The translations under genes were made by a program, and so were the position numbers. The notes below the pieces were generated by a model that did no database searches, was not told where the DNA came from, and saw nothing but the letters and a program-made list of their open reading frames with translations. Shown in pieces: positions 40,178 through 49,777 of a stretch of DNA of 64,000 nt. The stretch's first letter is position 1. Each line of letters begins with the position of its first letter. This DNA is from Ruminococcus sp. (lineage in GTDB: Bacteria; Bacillota; Clostridia; Oscillospirales; Ruminococcaceae), in contig JAFWSI010000029.1 of the NCBI GenBank assembly GCA_017519415.1, positions 376 through 64,375 of the forward strand. The letters are read 5' to 3'.

Positions 40178-42412
40178 TTAATTCTTTTTCATATATTCTT
40201 CCATTGACATGATATCTTCTTTTGTAGTCGATACATATGCGTAGTACGAAAGAATATTGGAAGCATCTACTGCATTAATTAATCCATCATGATTTACATC
40301 TGCCGCAAGCTTCTGTTCCTCATCATATCCACCATCCTGATTTGTTGAGATCATTGCATAATATGCAAGAACAGAAGAAGCGTCAACAGCATTGATCTGT
40401 TTATCATTATTCACATCTCCAAGTGTGTAGGTTACAGGTTTTACTGGAGCTGTTGTCGTTGTTGTGGACTGAGCTGTATTTGTTATCGTTGATGTCGCAG
40501 TTGTTGTAGAGCCAATTGCAGTTGTCGTAGACGTGTTCTTAGTCGTTGAGTTTGTATTATTTGATGTTGAGGTAGTATTTGTTGTAGTCGTAGCAGTCGT
40601 TTCCTTGGTTGTTGTGGTAGTTGAGTTTGTTGTTGTTGTAGTGTTTGTCGAAGTAAGTGATGTTGTAGTAGTTGTTGAAGTTGCAGAACCTGATACTGAT
40701 GTTGTTGATGTAACAGCAGGAACATCTATTATCAGTTCTCCATCATCATTTACTGAAATCGTACCATTTGACTTTATATATGGCAGATATCGTTTCAGTG
40801 TTGAATCGCTGATGTACTTACCGAGTCCGTTCGTAAGAATACCTGATGCTTCAGCATAAACACTTACATCAGCACCTGTTATAGCACCGGTAATATTTAC
40901 TGACTTTCCGTTAGGTACGTAAATACCGCCCTTGTCGCCTTTAATACAGATATTACCGCTTAGATTTACCGTACCATTTTTCAAGCACTTTAAACCATAA
41001 TCTTTATCACTTATTATCTTACCGCCTGATATATTCACTATGCAGTCTGAAGGAGAGCCGCTGACAGCTGCTCCAATGTCTGAGTGCATCTCTCCATCTG
41101 ATATATTGAGAGTACCGGCAAATGTATCAGCAAGCCATACTGAATAAACGTTGGTTTTTCCGTTTTCAGCAGAGGAAGCTTTCAGTCTTCCACCCATAAT
41201 GTTTATGATGCCATCTTTGGTTCTTAAAGAAAGAGCATGACTGTAGTATCCGATGATCTCACCGCCGTAATAATCAAAACTACCGTCATTGATCCTTACT
41301 GTAGCGCAAACTGTTTTCTTATCATATCCATAAAAGTTGCCGCCATAAATGGTCAGTTTATTATATGATGTTATAAGGTTGCTATCCGCTGTGCAAATGA
41401 TCGTACCTTTTTTCTGCTGATCACTGTCCCTGATTATAACATTGCTTGTGCTGTTGCATATTATCTCTGGGATCTTTACTGTATGGCCGTTCAGGTCAAG
41501 ATCAAGCATTCCGCTTATTGTTATATAGCTTTTAACGTCTACATCGCATTCAAGCTTATAAACACCTGCAACAGGCAGGATGTCAGTTCTTTTCCAAGCT
41601 CTTTCTTCACTTTCAATGAAATCCAGCCCATTCTTCTTTGCGAAAGTCTCCGCAGCTGAATCTTTGAATCCGTAAATTGTGTCTATTTTGCTGCCTCTGA
41701 GAGCATTTCCGTTTATCATAGTAACCCCTGAAGGGATAAATAGCGAAGTAAACATTGTACCCGAAAATGCATCATTCTGTATCGCAGTTACTGAATCAGG
41801 AATATCAACTTCCTTAAGCATTACACAATCATTGAAAGCATTGCTGTATATCACTGTTACAGACTGAGGAAGAACAACAGATTCAAGTTTCTTACAACCC
41901 ATAAACAAACTGTTTGTATCCAGTGTTACTACTGATTCTGGAATGACTACTGACTTAACAGCTGTACCGCTGAAAGCATACTGACCGATACTTGTTACCG
42001 AATCAGGAATGATGATGCTTGTAAGTGAAGTACAGTTCTCAAATACATATTCGCCTATACTGGTCAATGATTCTGGCAATTCTATTGACTGAATGTCATG
42101 GCACGATGAAAAAGCATAATTACCTATATGAGTTATTCCTTCCTCGATAATGACTTTTTTAATCAGAGCACTATTGGCAAAAGGCGTCTTTCCATCCACA
42201 TAATCGGATATAGCACCATTTCCGCTGATAGTCAGATTTCCTGCATCGTCAAGGGAATACGTCGCACTATCGCCACAAGTTCCAGTGTTTACTGATGTAT
42301 CTTCTGCTTCAGCCGCTAAAGTTCCTGTTTTTTCATAAGTGTTATAGTTAGAAATAGAGCAAGTAATAACAAGCGCACTAAGCATGGTTGAGAATATTCT
42401 CTTTGAAATCAT
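40178..42412 (-). CDS. LRR_5 (BspA-type) protein with beta-helix region, Thr-rich linker and C-terminal dockerin
   Basis: IPDSVTSIGxxAF repeats, poly-Thr linker, GDVNNDKQINAVDAS...ADVNHDG. Confidence 0.88.
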   Translation of the reverse strand: MISKRIFSTMLSALVITCSISNYNTYEKTGTLAAEAEDTSVNTGTCGDSATYSLDDAGNLTISGNGAISDYVDGKTPFANSALIKKVIIEEGITHIGNYAFSSCHDIQSIELPESLTSIGEYVFENCTSLTSIIIPDSVTSIGQYAFSGTAVKSVVIPESVVTLDTNSLFMGCKKLESVVLPQSVTVIYSNAFNDCVMLKEVDIPDSVTAIQNDAFSGTMFTSLFIPSGVTMINGNALRGSKIDTIYGFKDSAAETFAKKNGLDFIESEERAWKRTDILPVAGVYKLECDVDVKSYITISGMLDLDLNGHTVKIPEIICNSTSNVIIRDSDQQKKGTIICTADSNLITSYNKLTIYGGNFYGYDKKTVCATVRINDGSFDYYGGEIIGYYSHALSLRTKDGIINIMGGRLKASSAENGKTNVYSVWLADTFAGTLNISDGEMHSDIGAAVSGSPSDCIVNISGGKIISDKDYGLKCLKNGTVNLSGNICIKGDKGGIYVPNGKSVNITGAITGADVSVYAEASGILTNGLGKYISDSTLKRYLPYIKSNGTISVNDDGELIIDVPAVTSTTSVSGSATSTTTTTSLTSTNTTTTTNSTTTTTKETTATTTTNTTSTSNNTNSTTKNTSTTTAIGSTTTATSTITNTAQSTTTTTAPVKPVTYTLGDVNNDKQINAVDASSVLAYYAMISTNQDGGYDEEQKLAADVNHDGLINAVDASNILSYYAYVSTTKEDIMSMEEYMKKN

Positions 42413-42592
42413 AATTAGCCTCCTCCTGTAAGAAAAGCTTTGTTTGTCATTATTTGTGCCTATAGTCACTTCGAGCCGTTGCATTCGGTACAGCCAGTGT
42501 TGTGACCCCTTAATTGTATCATAATTAACTATATTAGTCAAGACAAAACGAAAACCGCCCGTGAAGGGCGGTCATCATATTAGGAGTTTTTC

Positions 42593-43810
42593 TTAATTCT
42601 TTTTCATATATTCTTCCATTGACATCGGGGTTTCTTTTGTAGTAGATACATACGCATAGTATGCAAGAATACTCGATGCGTCAACGGCATTGATATCTCC
42701 GTCGTGGTTTACATCTGCTGCAAGCATTTCCTCTTCATTATATCCGCCTTCTTGATTGGTCGATACACGGGCATAATATGCCAGCACCATGGAAGCATCT
42801 ACTGCGTTCACATACCCGTCAAAGTTCACATCTCCCATGTCAGAATCAACGGGTACAAAGATGCGATCGTACTTATTGGCGTAAGCCTCGGCAGTAGAGC
42901 CTCTGTATCCCTTGATAATACCTGTATAGGCATAACCGGCACCGTTGGTAAAGGTCGAATTCATGTCGCTTATATCACATTCGGGATTAAGTATGCAGAC
43001 CTTTTCAAGAGAATCGCAGTTCTGAAAAGCACTCGGTTCTATTTTCTCTACCGATTCGGGTATTGTCACCGATTTCAGTGATCTGAATCCCTCAAAAACA
43101 CGGCTTTCTATTATCTTCACCGAATCAGGGATAACGACCTCTGTTACTGACCAATGTCCCCAACCCTGAAAACATCTCCGACCTATACATTCAACTCCGT
43201 CAGGTATGACAATCTTTTCCGTATCGATTCTTGCAGCAAGAAGAACACCGTTTATTACCACAAAAGGCGACTTCTCAAGCTGCTCTTCCTCCCATTTGGT
43301 GCCTGAGAAAGCCCCGCCTTCTATCTTTGTGGCTGTTGAGGAGATCGTTATTTCCGCATTACTGCAGGACTTAAAAGCCTCATGTTCGACTACCGTCACA
43401 GAAGCGGGTATTACGATGGATGTGAGAGCGCTGCATTCAGAAAACGCAACAAAGCCAATGGTTTTCAGAGTATCGGGAAGGGTAACGGACACAAGGTTCT
43501 TACAAGTATTAAAATTCTGATCTCCGACTCTTGTTATCCCATTGCTTATGACCACCTTTTTTATAAGATCTCTTTCTTTTACCCACGGAGTATTTTTGAC
43601 AGGACCTACATCGCCCATATCTCCCTTGCCTCTGACTACCAGTGTACCGTCACTGTCCAGTTGCCAGCTGATATTCTCACCATAGTTGCCGCTGTCAACT
43701 ATGGTTGCAGCTTCAGCCGAAAGAGTTAAAGGTACTCCCAGCGTAAGTGCTGTCGTTCCCAACGGTATTACAGCACACATCAACGCTGCTATTATTCTTT
43801 TACAATTCAT
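42593..43810 (-). CDS. LRR_5 protein with C-terminal dockerin
   Basis: Signal peptide, LRR_5 repeats, GDVNFDGYVNAVDAS...ADVNHDG. Confidence 0.88.
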   Translation of the reverse strand: MNCKRIIAALMCAVIPLGTTALTLGVPLTLSAEAATIVDSGNYGENISWQLDSDGTLVVRGKGDMGDVGPVKNTPWVKERDLIKKVVISNGITRVGDQNFNTCKNLVSVTLPDTLKTIGFVAFSECSALTSIVIPASVTVVEHEAFKSCSNAEITISSTATKIEGGAFSGTKWEEEQLEKSPFVVINGVLLAARIDTEKIVIPDGVECIGRRCFQGWGHWSVTEVVIPDSVKIIESRVFEGFRSLKSVTIPESVEKIEPSAFQNCDSLEKVCILNPECDISDMNSTFTNGAGYAYTGIIKGYRGSTAEAYANKYDRIFVPVDSDMGDVNFDGYVNAVDASMVLAYYARVSTNQEGGYNEEEMLAADVNHDGDINAVDASSILAYYAYVSTTKETPMSMEEYMKKN

Positions 43811-43824
43811 AGTGTACCTCCTGT

Positions 43825-44055
43825 CTATTCAACATCTAAGAATTTTTCTATAACGACCATTATCTCCTCTAGGCGCTTATCGCCGATACCTTTGATCTTG
43901 CTGAGTTCTGCCTCAAGATCCGGGAGATCAATGGTTTTGCCCTGTTCCCCAAGAAGCTCGTCTCCATATTGAAGTATGAACTTTGTAAGCTCCTCACGGT
44001 TCATCTTTTTGATCTTCTTATAGGTATCTCTGTCAATAATCTCTTGATTTGCCAT
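43825..44055 (-). CDS. Small hypothetical protein with HhH-like motif
   Basis: AAGGAG RBS; LSKIKGIGDKR motif. Confidence 0.65.
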   Translation of the reverse strand: MANQEIIDRDTYKKIKKMNREELTKFILQYGDELLGEQGKTIDLPDLEAELSKIKGIGDKRLEEIMVVIEKFLDVE

Positions 44056-44153
44056 ATGTAACTCCTTTATCATTTCTCTTATCACCAATTATAGCATAAT
44101 AACGATATAATGTAAATACATAAAGCAGAACCGCCTAAAAAGGCGGTTCACTA

Positions 44154-44600
44154 TTACTGCTTGTTTGAATCTTGTTTACGCATCTCACGGTATATCACTC
44201 CTGCAAGAGCACTCATTATAAACTCATCATAAACGAGTTCAGGTTTAACATACATAAACTCATCATTGAGCTTCATTTCACTGATAATGGAGCCGATAGA
44301 CCTTTTGGAGTTCGTAGCCCATGTCGTCTGCAATAACATACAGTATTCTGTTATTGACAGAGGCTGTATATAGCGAACTAACCCCATTTCTCCTACGGAG
44401 ACTAATTCCTTTTCGATTACAGGTATTCTTGCGCCGTTATACTGCTCATGTCTGACAAGATTGATAACGAAATTTTCACTTTCGTCTTCTCCATTGAATA
44501 TGGTCTGAATGGAATAATTATCGAAAATAGGCATAGAATACAGCTTCTTGATCATACGGCGGAAAGGCTTGTTGATCAGAAGAATTCTGAAGGCAATGTC
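44154..44600 (-). pseudogene. 5'-truncated hypothetical gene
   Basis: Frame stays open upstream of ATG 44555 (DIAFRILLINKPFRR) to ~44600; no RBS. Confidence 0.5.
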
Positions 44601-44606
44601 CTACCT

Positions 44607-44882
44607 GGGATAAGCTGCGCGGGAAAGACAGCTGTACAGCTCAGAAAATCCGACTACGGAAAGTTTGACCTGTTCATCTGCATGGACACCGCAAATATCC
44701 GCAATATGAACCGTATCCTCGGAGGAGACCCCGAGGGAAAGATATATAAGCTCATGACCTTTGCGGGCAGCGGCAGGGACGTTTCCGACCCGTGGTACAG
44801 CCGCGATTTTGAAACTGCATACAAGGATATAGAGGAAGGCTGCCGCGGACTTCTCAGACATTTAAGGGAGGAACTGCAATGA
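44607..44882 (+). pseudogene. C-terminal half of a low-molecular-weight protein-tyrosine phosphatase
   Basis: FDLFICMD and DVSDPWY present; catalytic CxGNxCRS loop absent. Confidence 0.85.
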
Positions 44883-45070
44883 GATACGAAATAATCGGAA
44901 TAACCGAAGATGACTACGGCTGCGAGGGCATTCCCGAAAATGAGGAGCTTATGTGTACGGTGCTGCTGCGCGGTGAAAACGGCTCGGAAAAGCAGATAAG
45001 GCTGGCCGACAGCTTTCTCAGCGAAAACGGTATAGAAAAGGGCAGCCATTTATTCATGGAGGAAATATAG
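44879..45070 (+). CDS. Small hypothetical protein
   Basis: GGAGG RBS, ATGA overlap with the PTP stop, EDDYGCEG motif. Confidence 0.7.
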   Translation: MRYEIIGITEDDYGCEGIPENEELMCTVLLRGENGSEKQIRLADSFLSENGIEKGSHLFMEEI

Positions 45071-45104
45071 AAAGACCTTCCGCGGTTACGCCACGGAAGG
45101 CCTT

Positions 45105-46217
45105 TTATTTTTTGAAGATAGCTTTCAGCTCGGCTGCAAGCCTTTTCGGAGCCCTGAACAGCACACGGAAGATACGCCTTATCCAGAGCAGGGGTATAAG
45201 CAGCTTATGGCGATAAAAGAAGGGGTAGCCGCTCCTTATCTGCTCCATGGGCAGAAAGATACGCTGCATTATGTACCGCAGGCGCGAGCCCTGACCGTTC
45301 ATCCGGTTCCTTACATAGTTCTCCACATTGCCGTATACTCCCGATGTCACATAGTAGTCGAGCTGCTTTTCGTCCTCGGCCGAAAGCTTCTCCATACCGA
45401 ACACCTTTTCGGCAAGCCGGCGGTTCTCGCGCTCAAAATCGGCAATCCCCAGCTTTGAGAATTCCCTGTCAAGATAGCTGCGGTCAAGCTCCCCGCCGAA
45501 CCTGCGCATGAAAACATACACGTCAAGAAGCGAGCGGACTCCCGTGCCGCCGTCGTGATAGTGCTTGTACTCGTGCACTATCATATAGATATAGAAATCC
45601 TCGTTGGTAAAACGGAGGGAAAGCCCGTTCCCATCTTCGCTCACAAGTCTTTCCTTTACATTCCTGTAATAATCCGTGAAGCCCTTTCCGCTGTACTTGT
45701 CCATATCGGGAAAAAAGCTCTCATGGAGCTCGAAGTTGTACACAGGCTCCTTTATATACTCGTCCACGTTCTCCTTTTCCCATTTCAGAGTGAAGCCGAG
45801 CTCCTTCATTATGCTGCGGGCAGTCTCCCGACCCTCCGGAGCGATGAGCATATCGTTGTCCGACATCTGTCTCATGCCCAGCTTCGGGTACCAGTCCTTC
45901 AGCAGAGCGCCCTTCAGAGGCATATACCATATCCCCTCAGCTTCAAGGCGGCGGACTATCTTCTTCCTCTCGGCGTCCAGCAGTATATTTTTCCTTACTG
46001 CCTTTTCCTTTGCCTGAGTGAAGCTGTCGTCCTTTATTCCCGCCGCTGCAAGGGCGTATGCGGTGCAGGCTGTGAGTATATGAGCCTGACACACCTCAAA
46101 CAGCTCCGGAAGGTCAAGAGAGGCGGTGCGCTCCTTATCGGGTATCCTTCCGTTTATCGCACAGGCAGTAAGATATATCATATCTGCCGCATTCCTGCGG
46201 AATTCATTCACGTCCAT
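45105..46217 (-). CDS. Nucleotidyltransferase family protein (NTP_transf_5-like)
   Basis: PLKG..L...YP..GMRQMSDND, FELH and GVRSLLD motifs. Confidence 0.88.
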   Translation of the reverse strand: MDVNEFRRNAADMIYLTACAINGRIPDKERTASLDLPELFEVCQAHILTACTAYALAAAGIKDDSFTQAKEKAVRKNILLDAERKKIVRRLEAEGIWYMPLKGALLKDWYPKLGMRQMSDNDMLIAPEGRETARSIMKELGFTLKWEKENVDEYIKEPVYNFELHESFFPDMDKYSGKGFTDYYRNVKERLVSEDGNGLSLRFTNEDFYIYMIVHEYKHYHDGGTGVRSLLDVYVFMRRFGGELDRSYLDREFSKLGIADFERENRRLAEKVFGMEKLSAEDEKQLDYYVTSGVYGNVENYVRNRMNGQGSRLRYIMQRIFLPMEQIRSGYPFFYRHKLLIPLLWIRRIFRVLFRAPKRLAAELKAIFKK

Positions 46218-47922
46218 GCTCTGCAACTCCGTTTTCGGTAAATTCAAGTATCCTGTCGCATATCTCAAGGGCGGCGGGACGATGGGTGACTATGACTACT
46301 GTCTTGTCCGTCATGCTGCGCAGATTGCTGAGGAGCTTCTGCTCCGTAGCCTCGTCAAGTGCGCTTGTGGCCTCGTCCAGCAGCAGTATGGGACTGCGGG
46401 AATACACGGCTCTTGCAACGGCTATGCGCTGCATCTGTCCCTCGGAAAGACCCGTTCCCCGCTCTCCGAGAAGAGTATCGGCTCCGTCGTCAAGCTCCGA
46501 TACGAACTCATCTGCACAGGCTATCCTGAGAGCTGCATTTATACGCTCGTCGTCGCCTGCGCCCGATCTGTCGGCAAAGCTCACCACATCACGGATAGTG
46601 CCGCACATGAGCTGATTTCCCTGGGGCACATAGGCAAAGAGCCTGTGATACTCGGGAGTGAGCTCCTGCCTTCTGCCGTCTGCGGTGATATACCTTTCGC
46701 CGCTGTCAAGTCTGTATATACACATGAGGAGCTTCAGCACCGTGGATTTTCCGCAGCCGCTGTGGCCCGTAAAGGCCACATACTCCCCTTTTTTTATTTC
46801 AAGGCTTATATCCTCAAGGACTACGGGCATATCGTCCTTGCTCAGCGCCCTTACGCTCTCGCCGGCGGGATAATATGCAAAGCCCGCCTTTTCAAGTCCT
46901 ACGGAGCCGAAGCCGGCGCCGTAGAATTCAAGGGTCTGATCTATGTCCATTGGCTCGGCGGAGCTCTCCTCCGCAAAGCTCTCTATCTCCATCAGCCTCT
47001 CCGCACTTGCCGTCATGGCGTAGTACTTTGGAAGATAGCCCGTGATATTTGCAAAGGGAGACTGTATCTGGGATACGAGCTGGGTTATGGCGGTAAGTGT
47101 GCCGTAGCTCAGAGTGCCTTTCAGTATACCGTAGCCGCAGTATATGACTCCGCCCACGTACATTCCCTGCATACCGGTCTGAAAGCCGATATTGCAGAAA
47201 TTCGAGAACCTTACTCTTCTCATGCGGGCGCTCTTGTGAGCCGCCATCTTTTCCGCGGCCTCCTGCTCGGTCTGCTCCTCGGCAGCAAAGGACCTTATCA
47301 CCATAAGGCTTCCCAGGCGCTCCTGTAGGAACACCCTCAGCTTTCCGTCCTTTTCCTGTATGTTCTTGTGGAGCCTTTTCAGCACCTTCCTGAATCCGTA
47401 GGTGGCTATGAACAGCACTATGCCCGCAGGTATCATTAAAAGCGCGAAGCGGCGGTCAAGCACTATCATCATAGCGATGGCGCTGACCATTTTCACTATC
47501 ATGCCTGCCATTCCGGGAAGTATCTCCACGCTGCTGTTGGCTACAACCACCGCGTCATTTGTAAGGCGGTTCAGCCATTCTCCCGAATGGACGGAGCTCA
47601 CCGTACCGAAGTCCCTGCGGAGTATATTATCGAAAAGCCTCTGCTTGAAGAGATTCTCCAGCGACGAACGGGAGAGCTCCTCCAGCCATCGTATAACGGC
47701 TCTCATAGCAACCTGAGCCAGCACCAGCAGTAATATCAGACATACATATGACCTGAAACCGCTGAGGTCCTTTGCCACGGCGCTGTCAACGATGCTTCTC
47801 AGCAGGAGGGCGTAGAGGACTCCGCTGAAGCCGTGCAGCGACTGCACCAGCACAAGCCACAGTATATTCCATTTTTTTCGTCCCGTTACGGAAAACAGCC
47901 ATTTTACAGCATTCTTCTTCAT
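46204..47922 (-). CDS. ABC exporter (fused TMD and NBD)
   Basis: TM helices, GHSGCGKST, LSEGQ, LDEATSALD; ATGA overlap with the peptidase stop. Confidence 0.93.
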   Translation of the reverse strand: MKKNAVKWLFSVTGRKKWNILWLVLVQSLHGFSGVLYALLLRSIVDSAVAKDLSGFRSYVCLILLLVLAQVAMRAVIRWLEELSRSSLENLFKQRLFDNILRRDFGTVSSVHSGEWLNRLTNDAVVVANSSVEILPGMAGMIVKMVSAIAMMIVLDRRFALLMIPAGIVLFIATYGFRKVLKRLHKNIQEKDGKLRVFLQERLGSLMVIRSFAAEEQTEQEAAEKMAAHKSARMRRVRFSNFCNIGFQTGMQGMYVGGVIYCGYGILKGTLSYGTLTAITQLVSQIQSPFANITGYLPKYYAMTASAERLMEIESFAEESSAEPMDIDQTLEFYGAGFGSVGLEKAGFAYYPAGESVRALSKDDMPVVLEDISLEIKKGEYVAFTGHSGCGKSTVLKLLMCIYRLDSGERYITADGRRQELTPEYHRLFAYVPQGNQLMCGTIRDVVSFADRSGAGDDERINAALRIACADEFVSELDDGADTLLGERGTGLSEGQMQRIAVARAVYSRSPILLLDEATSALDEATEQKLLSNLRSMTDKTVVIVTHRPAALEICDRILEFTENGVAEHGRE

Positions 47923-48353
47923 CGTTTGAACAGCCTTCTGATCCTGTATCTGATCTTCTTGAGGAATACTCTTGCAGGAGTCAGCGCGACCCATATGCGG
48001 CTGTACAGGCGGTAGCCGAAGCTGTCCACGGAGCGTTCGTGTCCGTTACGGACAAATCCCGTCATAACGCCGATTATATCACTGTCGGTTATGCCGTACT
48101 CCTTGTTTATACAGTTGTCCCCCAGTATCACGTAATCCTTCTCCCGCACCTTTATTATGCGGTGGAGCACATAGCTCTCGGGGGGTCTGCGGTACAGCAC
48201 CACGTCGTACTTTTTACAGCGTTCGCCGCTTTTCCTGCATACCGTGAAAAGGTCCCTGCCCTGCTTCAGCAGAGGGAGCATACTTACTCCCACGTTGGTG
48301 TAGGTCATGGAACCGTTTCTTTCGAGGTATTCCTCGTATGTCGTTTTAGTCAT
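47919..48353 (-). CDS. S24/S26 family peptidase
   Basis: GVSMLPLL (Ser), VLHRII (His) and GDN motifs; no TM anchor. Confidence 0.88.
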   Translation of the reverse strand: MTKTTYEEYLERNGSMTYTNVGVSMLPLLKQGRDLFTVCRKSGERCKKYDVVLYRRPPESYVLHRIIKVREKDYVILGDNCINKEYGITDSDIIGVMTGFVRNGHERSVDSFGYRLYSRIWVALTPARVFLKKIRYRIRRLFKR

Positions 48354-48606
48354 CTATCGCGCCGATCTCCCTGAGCTGAGCGAGCACTCTTTTCAGGTCG
48401 CGCTCTATCGCCTCGGCGGGAGCGTCGTACTTTTCCTTCATCCTTTCAGCTATCTCAGCCTCAGTGGTATCGTTTTCAAGGCACTCCATTATAAAGCCAG
48501 CTGTGGAATTGCCGCGGACCAGTCCCGAAAAATCCGAGCCGCCCGCAGATACCAGCAACTTTTCACTGCCGTCGTCATGGGCTATGAAATTTCTGTTCAG
48601 TCTCAT
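48346..48606 (-). CDS. PqqD family protein (stand-alone RiPP recognition element)
   Basis: 86 aa; NSTAGFIMECL...EIAERMKEKYD...DLKRVLAQL..IGAI pattern. Confidence 0.88.
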   Translation of the reverse strand: MRLNRNFIAHDDGSEKLLVSAGGSDFSGLVRGNSTAGFIMECLENDTTEAEIAERMKEKYDAPAEAIERDLKRVLAQLREIGAIDD

Positions 48607-48611
48607 AATTA

Positions 48612-49349
48612 TCAGCCTTTCATACCGTTATAGGCGACCTCCGCCGCCTCCTTGTCCATATTGCACGCCAGCCTGTAAAGTCCTGTATTTTCCGCCAGCC
48701 TGTCCACAAGTGAAAGGGTCCTTGCCATGCCCGCGGGATCGGCGGGACGGTACACCTGCTGGAGCAGCATACTGTAGACCTCGGATCTGGCAACGGGAGC
48801 TATCCTGTTCCCGGCGCCGCGGGTAAGTATGCACAGTCCCCTGAGAGGCACGGACATATTGCAGCCCAGTCCGTGCTTACCGTTGTAGGGCGTGCCGTAT
48901 GCGATAACTCCGCTCTTCGTTATCCTGAGCAGGGGCTTGTCGTCGTTGACCATTACCGCTCTTTCTCCGAAGCACTCCCGCCACAGCCTCGTATGGGTGG
49001 ACTTCCCCGTTCCCGATTTCGCCGTGAACAGGAAGCCCTGTCCGTCCATTGCTATCACCGAGCCGTGGAACAGCACCGTATCGTAGTATGGCATTTTTTC
49101 GGCTATCTTGCGGTATACGGCAAGCTCCTCAAGGTAATCGTCGGGATATTCAGTGACGGCTCTGCCCTCACATATATCCTCCCTTGCGGAGCGCTCACGC
49201 TCAAAGTCTATATCCGCCTGACAAACCTCCGCCGTAAAATCGGCGGGCTCGTCCTCTGCGGCATAATCCCTGCAATATTCATGGACCTTGGGGTATATGG
49301 AGATGACCTCCACCACCCTTTCGGCCATTTCGTATCTGCCCCTGTACAT
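48612..49349 (-). CDS. HPr-kinase-like P-loop protein
   Basis: FHGSVI, AKSGTGKST and VNDD motifs. Confidence 0.8.
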   Translation of the reverse strand: MYRGRYEMAERVVEVISIYPKVHEYCRDYAAEDEPADFTAEVCQADIDFERERSAREDICEGRAVTEYPDDYLEELAVYRKIAEKMPYYDTVLFHGSVIAMDGQGFLFTAKSGTGKSTHTRLWRECFGERAVMVNDDKPLLRITKSGVIAYGTPYNGKHGLGCNMSVPLRGLCILTRGAGNRIAPVARSEVYSMLLQQVYRPADPAGMARTLSLVDRLAENTGLYRLACNMDKEAAEVAYNGMKG

Positions 49350-49352
49350 TCC

Positions 49353-49748
49353 TTAATCTATGGGTATCACAGGCAGCTCGATGACCTCGTCGTTCGCCGT
49401 CTGATTTTCGTATTGCTCCTGAAGGGCGCTGTTCTCCTCTGTCTGACTTCCCTGCTCGTTATGCTGGGCTCCCTGAACGGGGAGCTCCATATCCGGCGCA
49501 GTCACAGGCGCGAGTTCTGTCACCTGAGCATTTGCCTCGGGAGTTGTCTTCTGTACCTCTTCGGTCTTTTTCTTTTCCTTCTCCTTTTCCTGTGCCTTTG
49601 ACTTTTCCTTAGTCTCGTTGTTCACGTTCTCGGTAGTCTTTTTGGCAGAACGGGAGTATGGGTTGTTGTTGGGCTCGGTGCTGCCGCCGCCCTCGCAGCC
49701 CGCCAGCAGAAGCACCGACGCGGCAAGTACAAGTATAAGTTTTTTCAT
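49353..49748 (-). CDS. Low-complexity lipoprotein, first gene of the operon
   Basis: Lipobox LAGC, disordered K/E/T/Q linker, C-terminus EVIELPVIPID. Confidence 0.8.
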   Translation of the reverse strand: MKKLILVLAASVLLLAGCEGGGSTEPNNNPYSRSAKKTTENVNNETKEKSKAQEKEKEKKKTEEVQKTTPEANAQVTELAPVTAPDMELPVQGAQHNEQGSQTEENSALQEQYENQTANDEVIELPVIPID

Positions 49749-49777
49749 AATTATCTCCTCTCTCATCGGTTATTCAA

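Noticed and set aside
40139-42840. Dockerin repeat pair as a DGR template/variable repeat
   Set aside because: Both copies are coding, the differences do not look adenine-specific, and no RT gene is present.
44448-44882. 144-aa ORF as an intact phosphatase
   Set aside because: Its first ~53 aa are the antisense of the neighbouring gene, and the catalytic CX5R loop is missing.
45105-49349. Canonical lasso peptide cluster
   Set aside because: No lasso cyclase or B2 protease in the window, and the candidate core (9 aa) is too short to thread.
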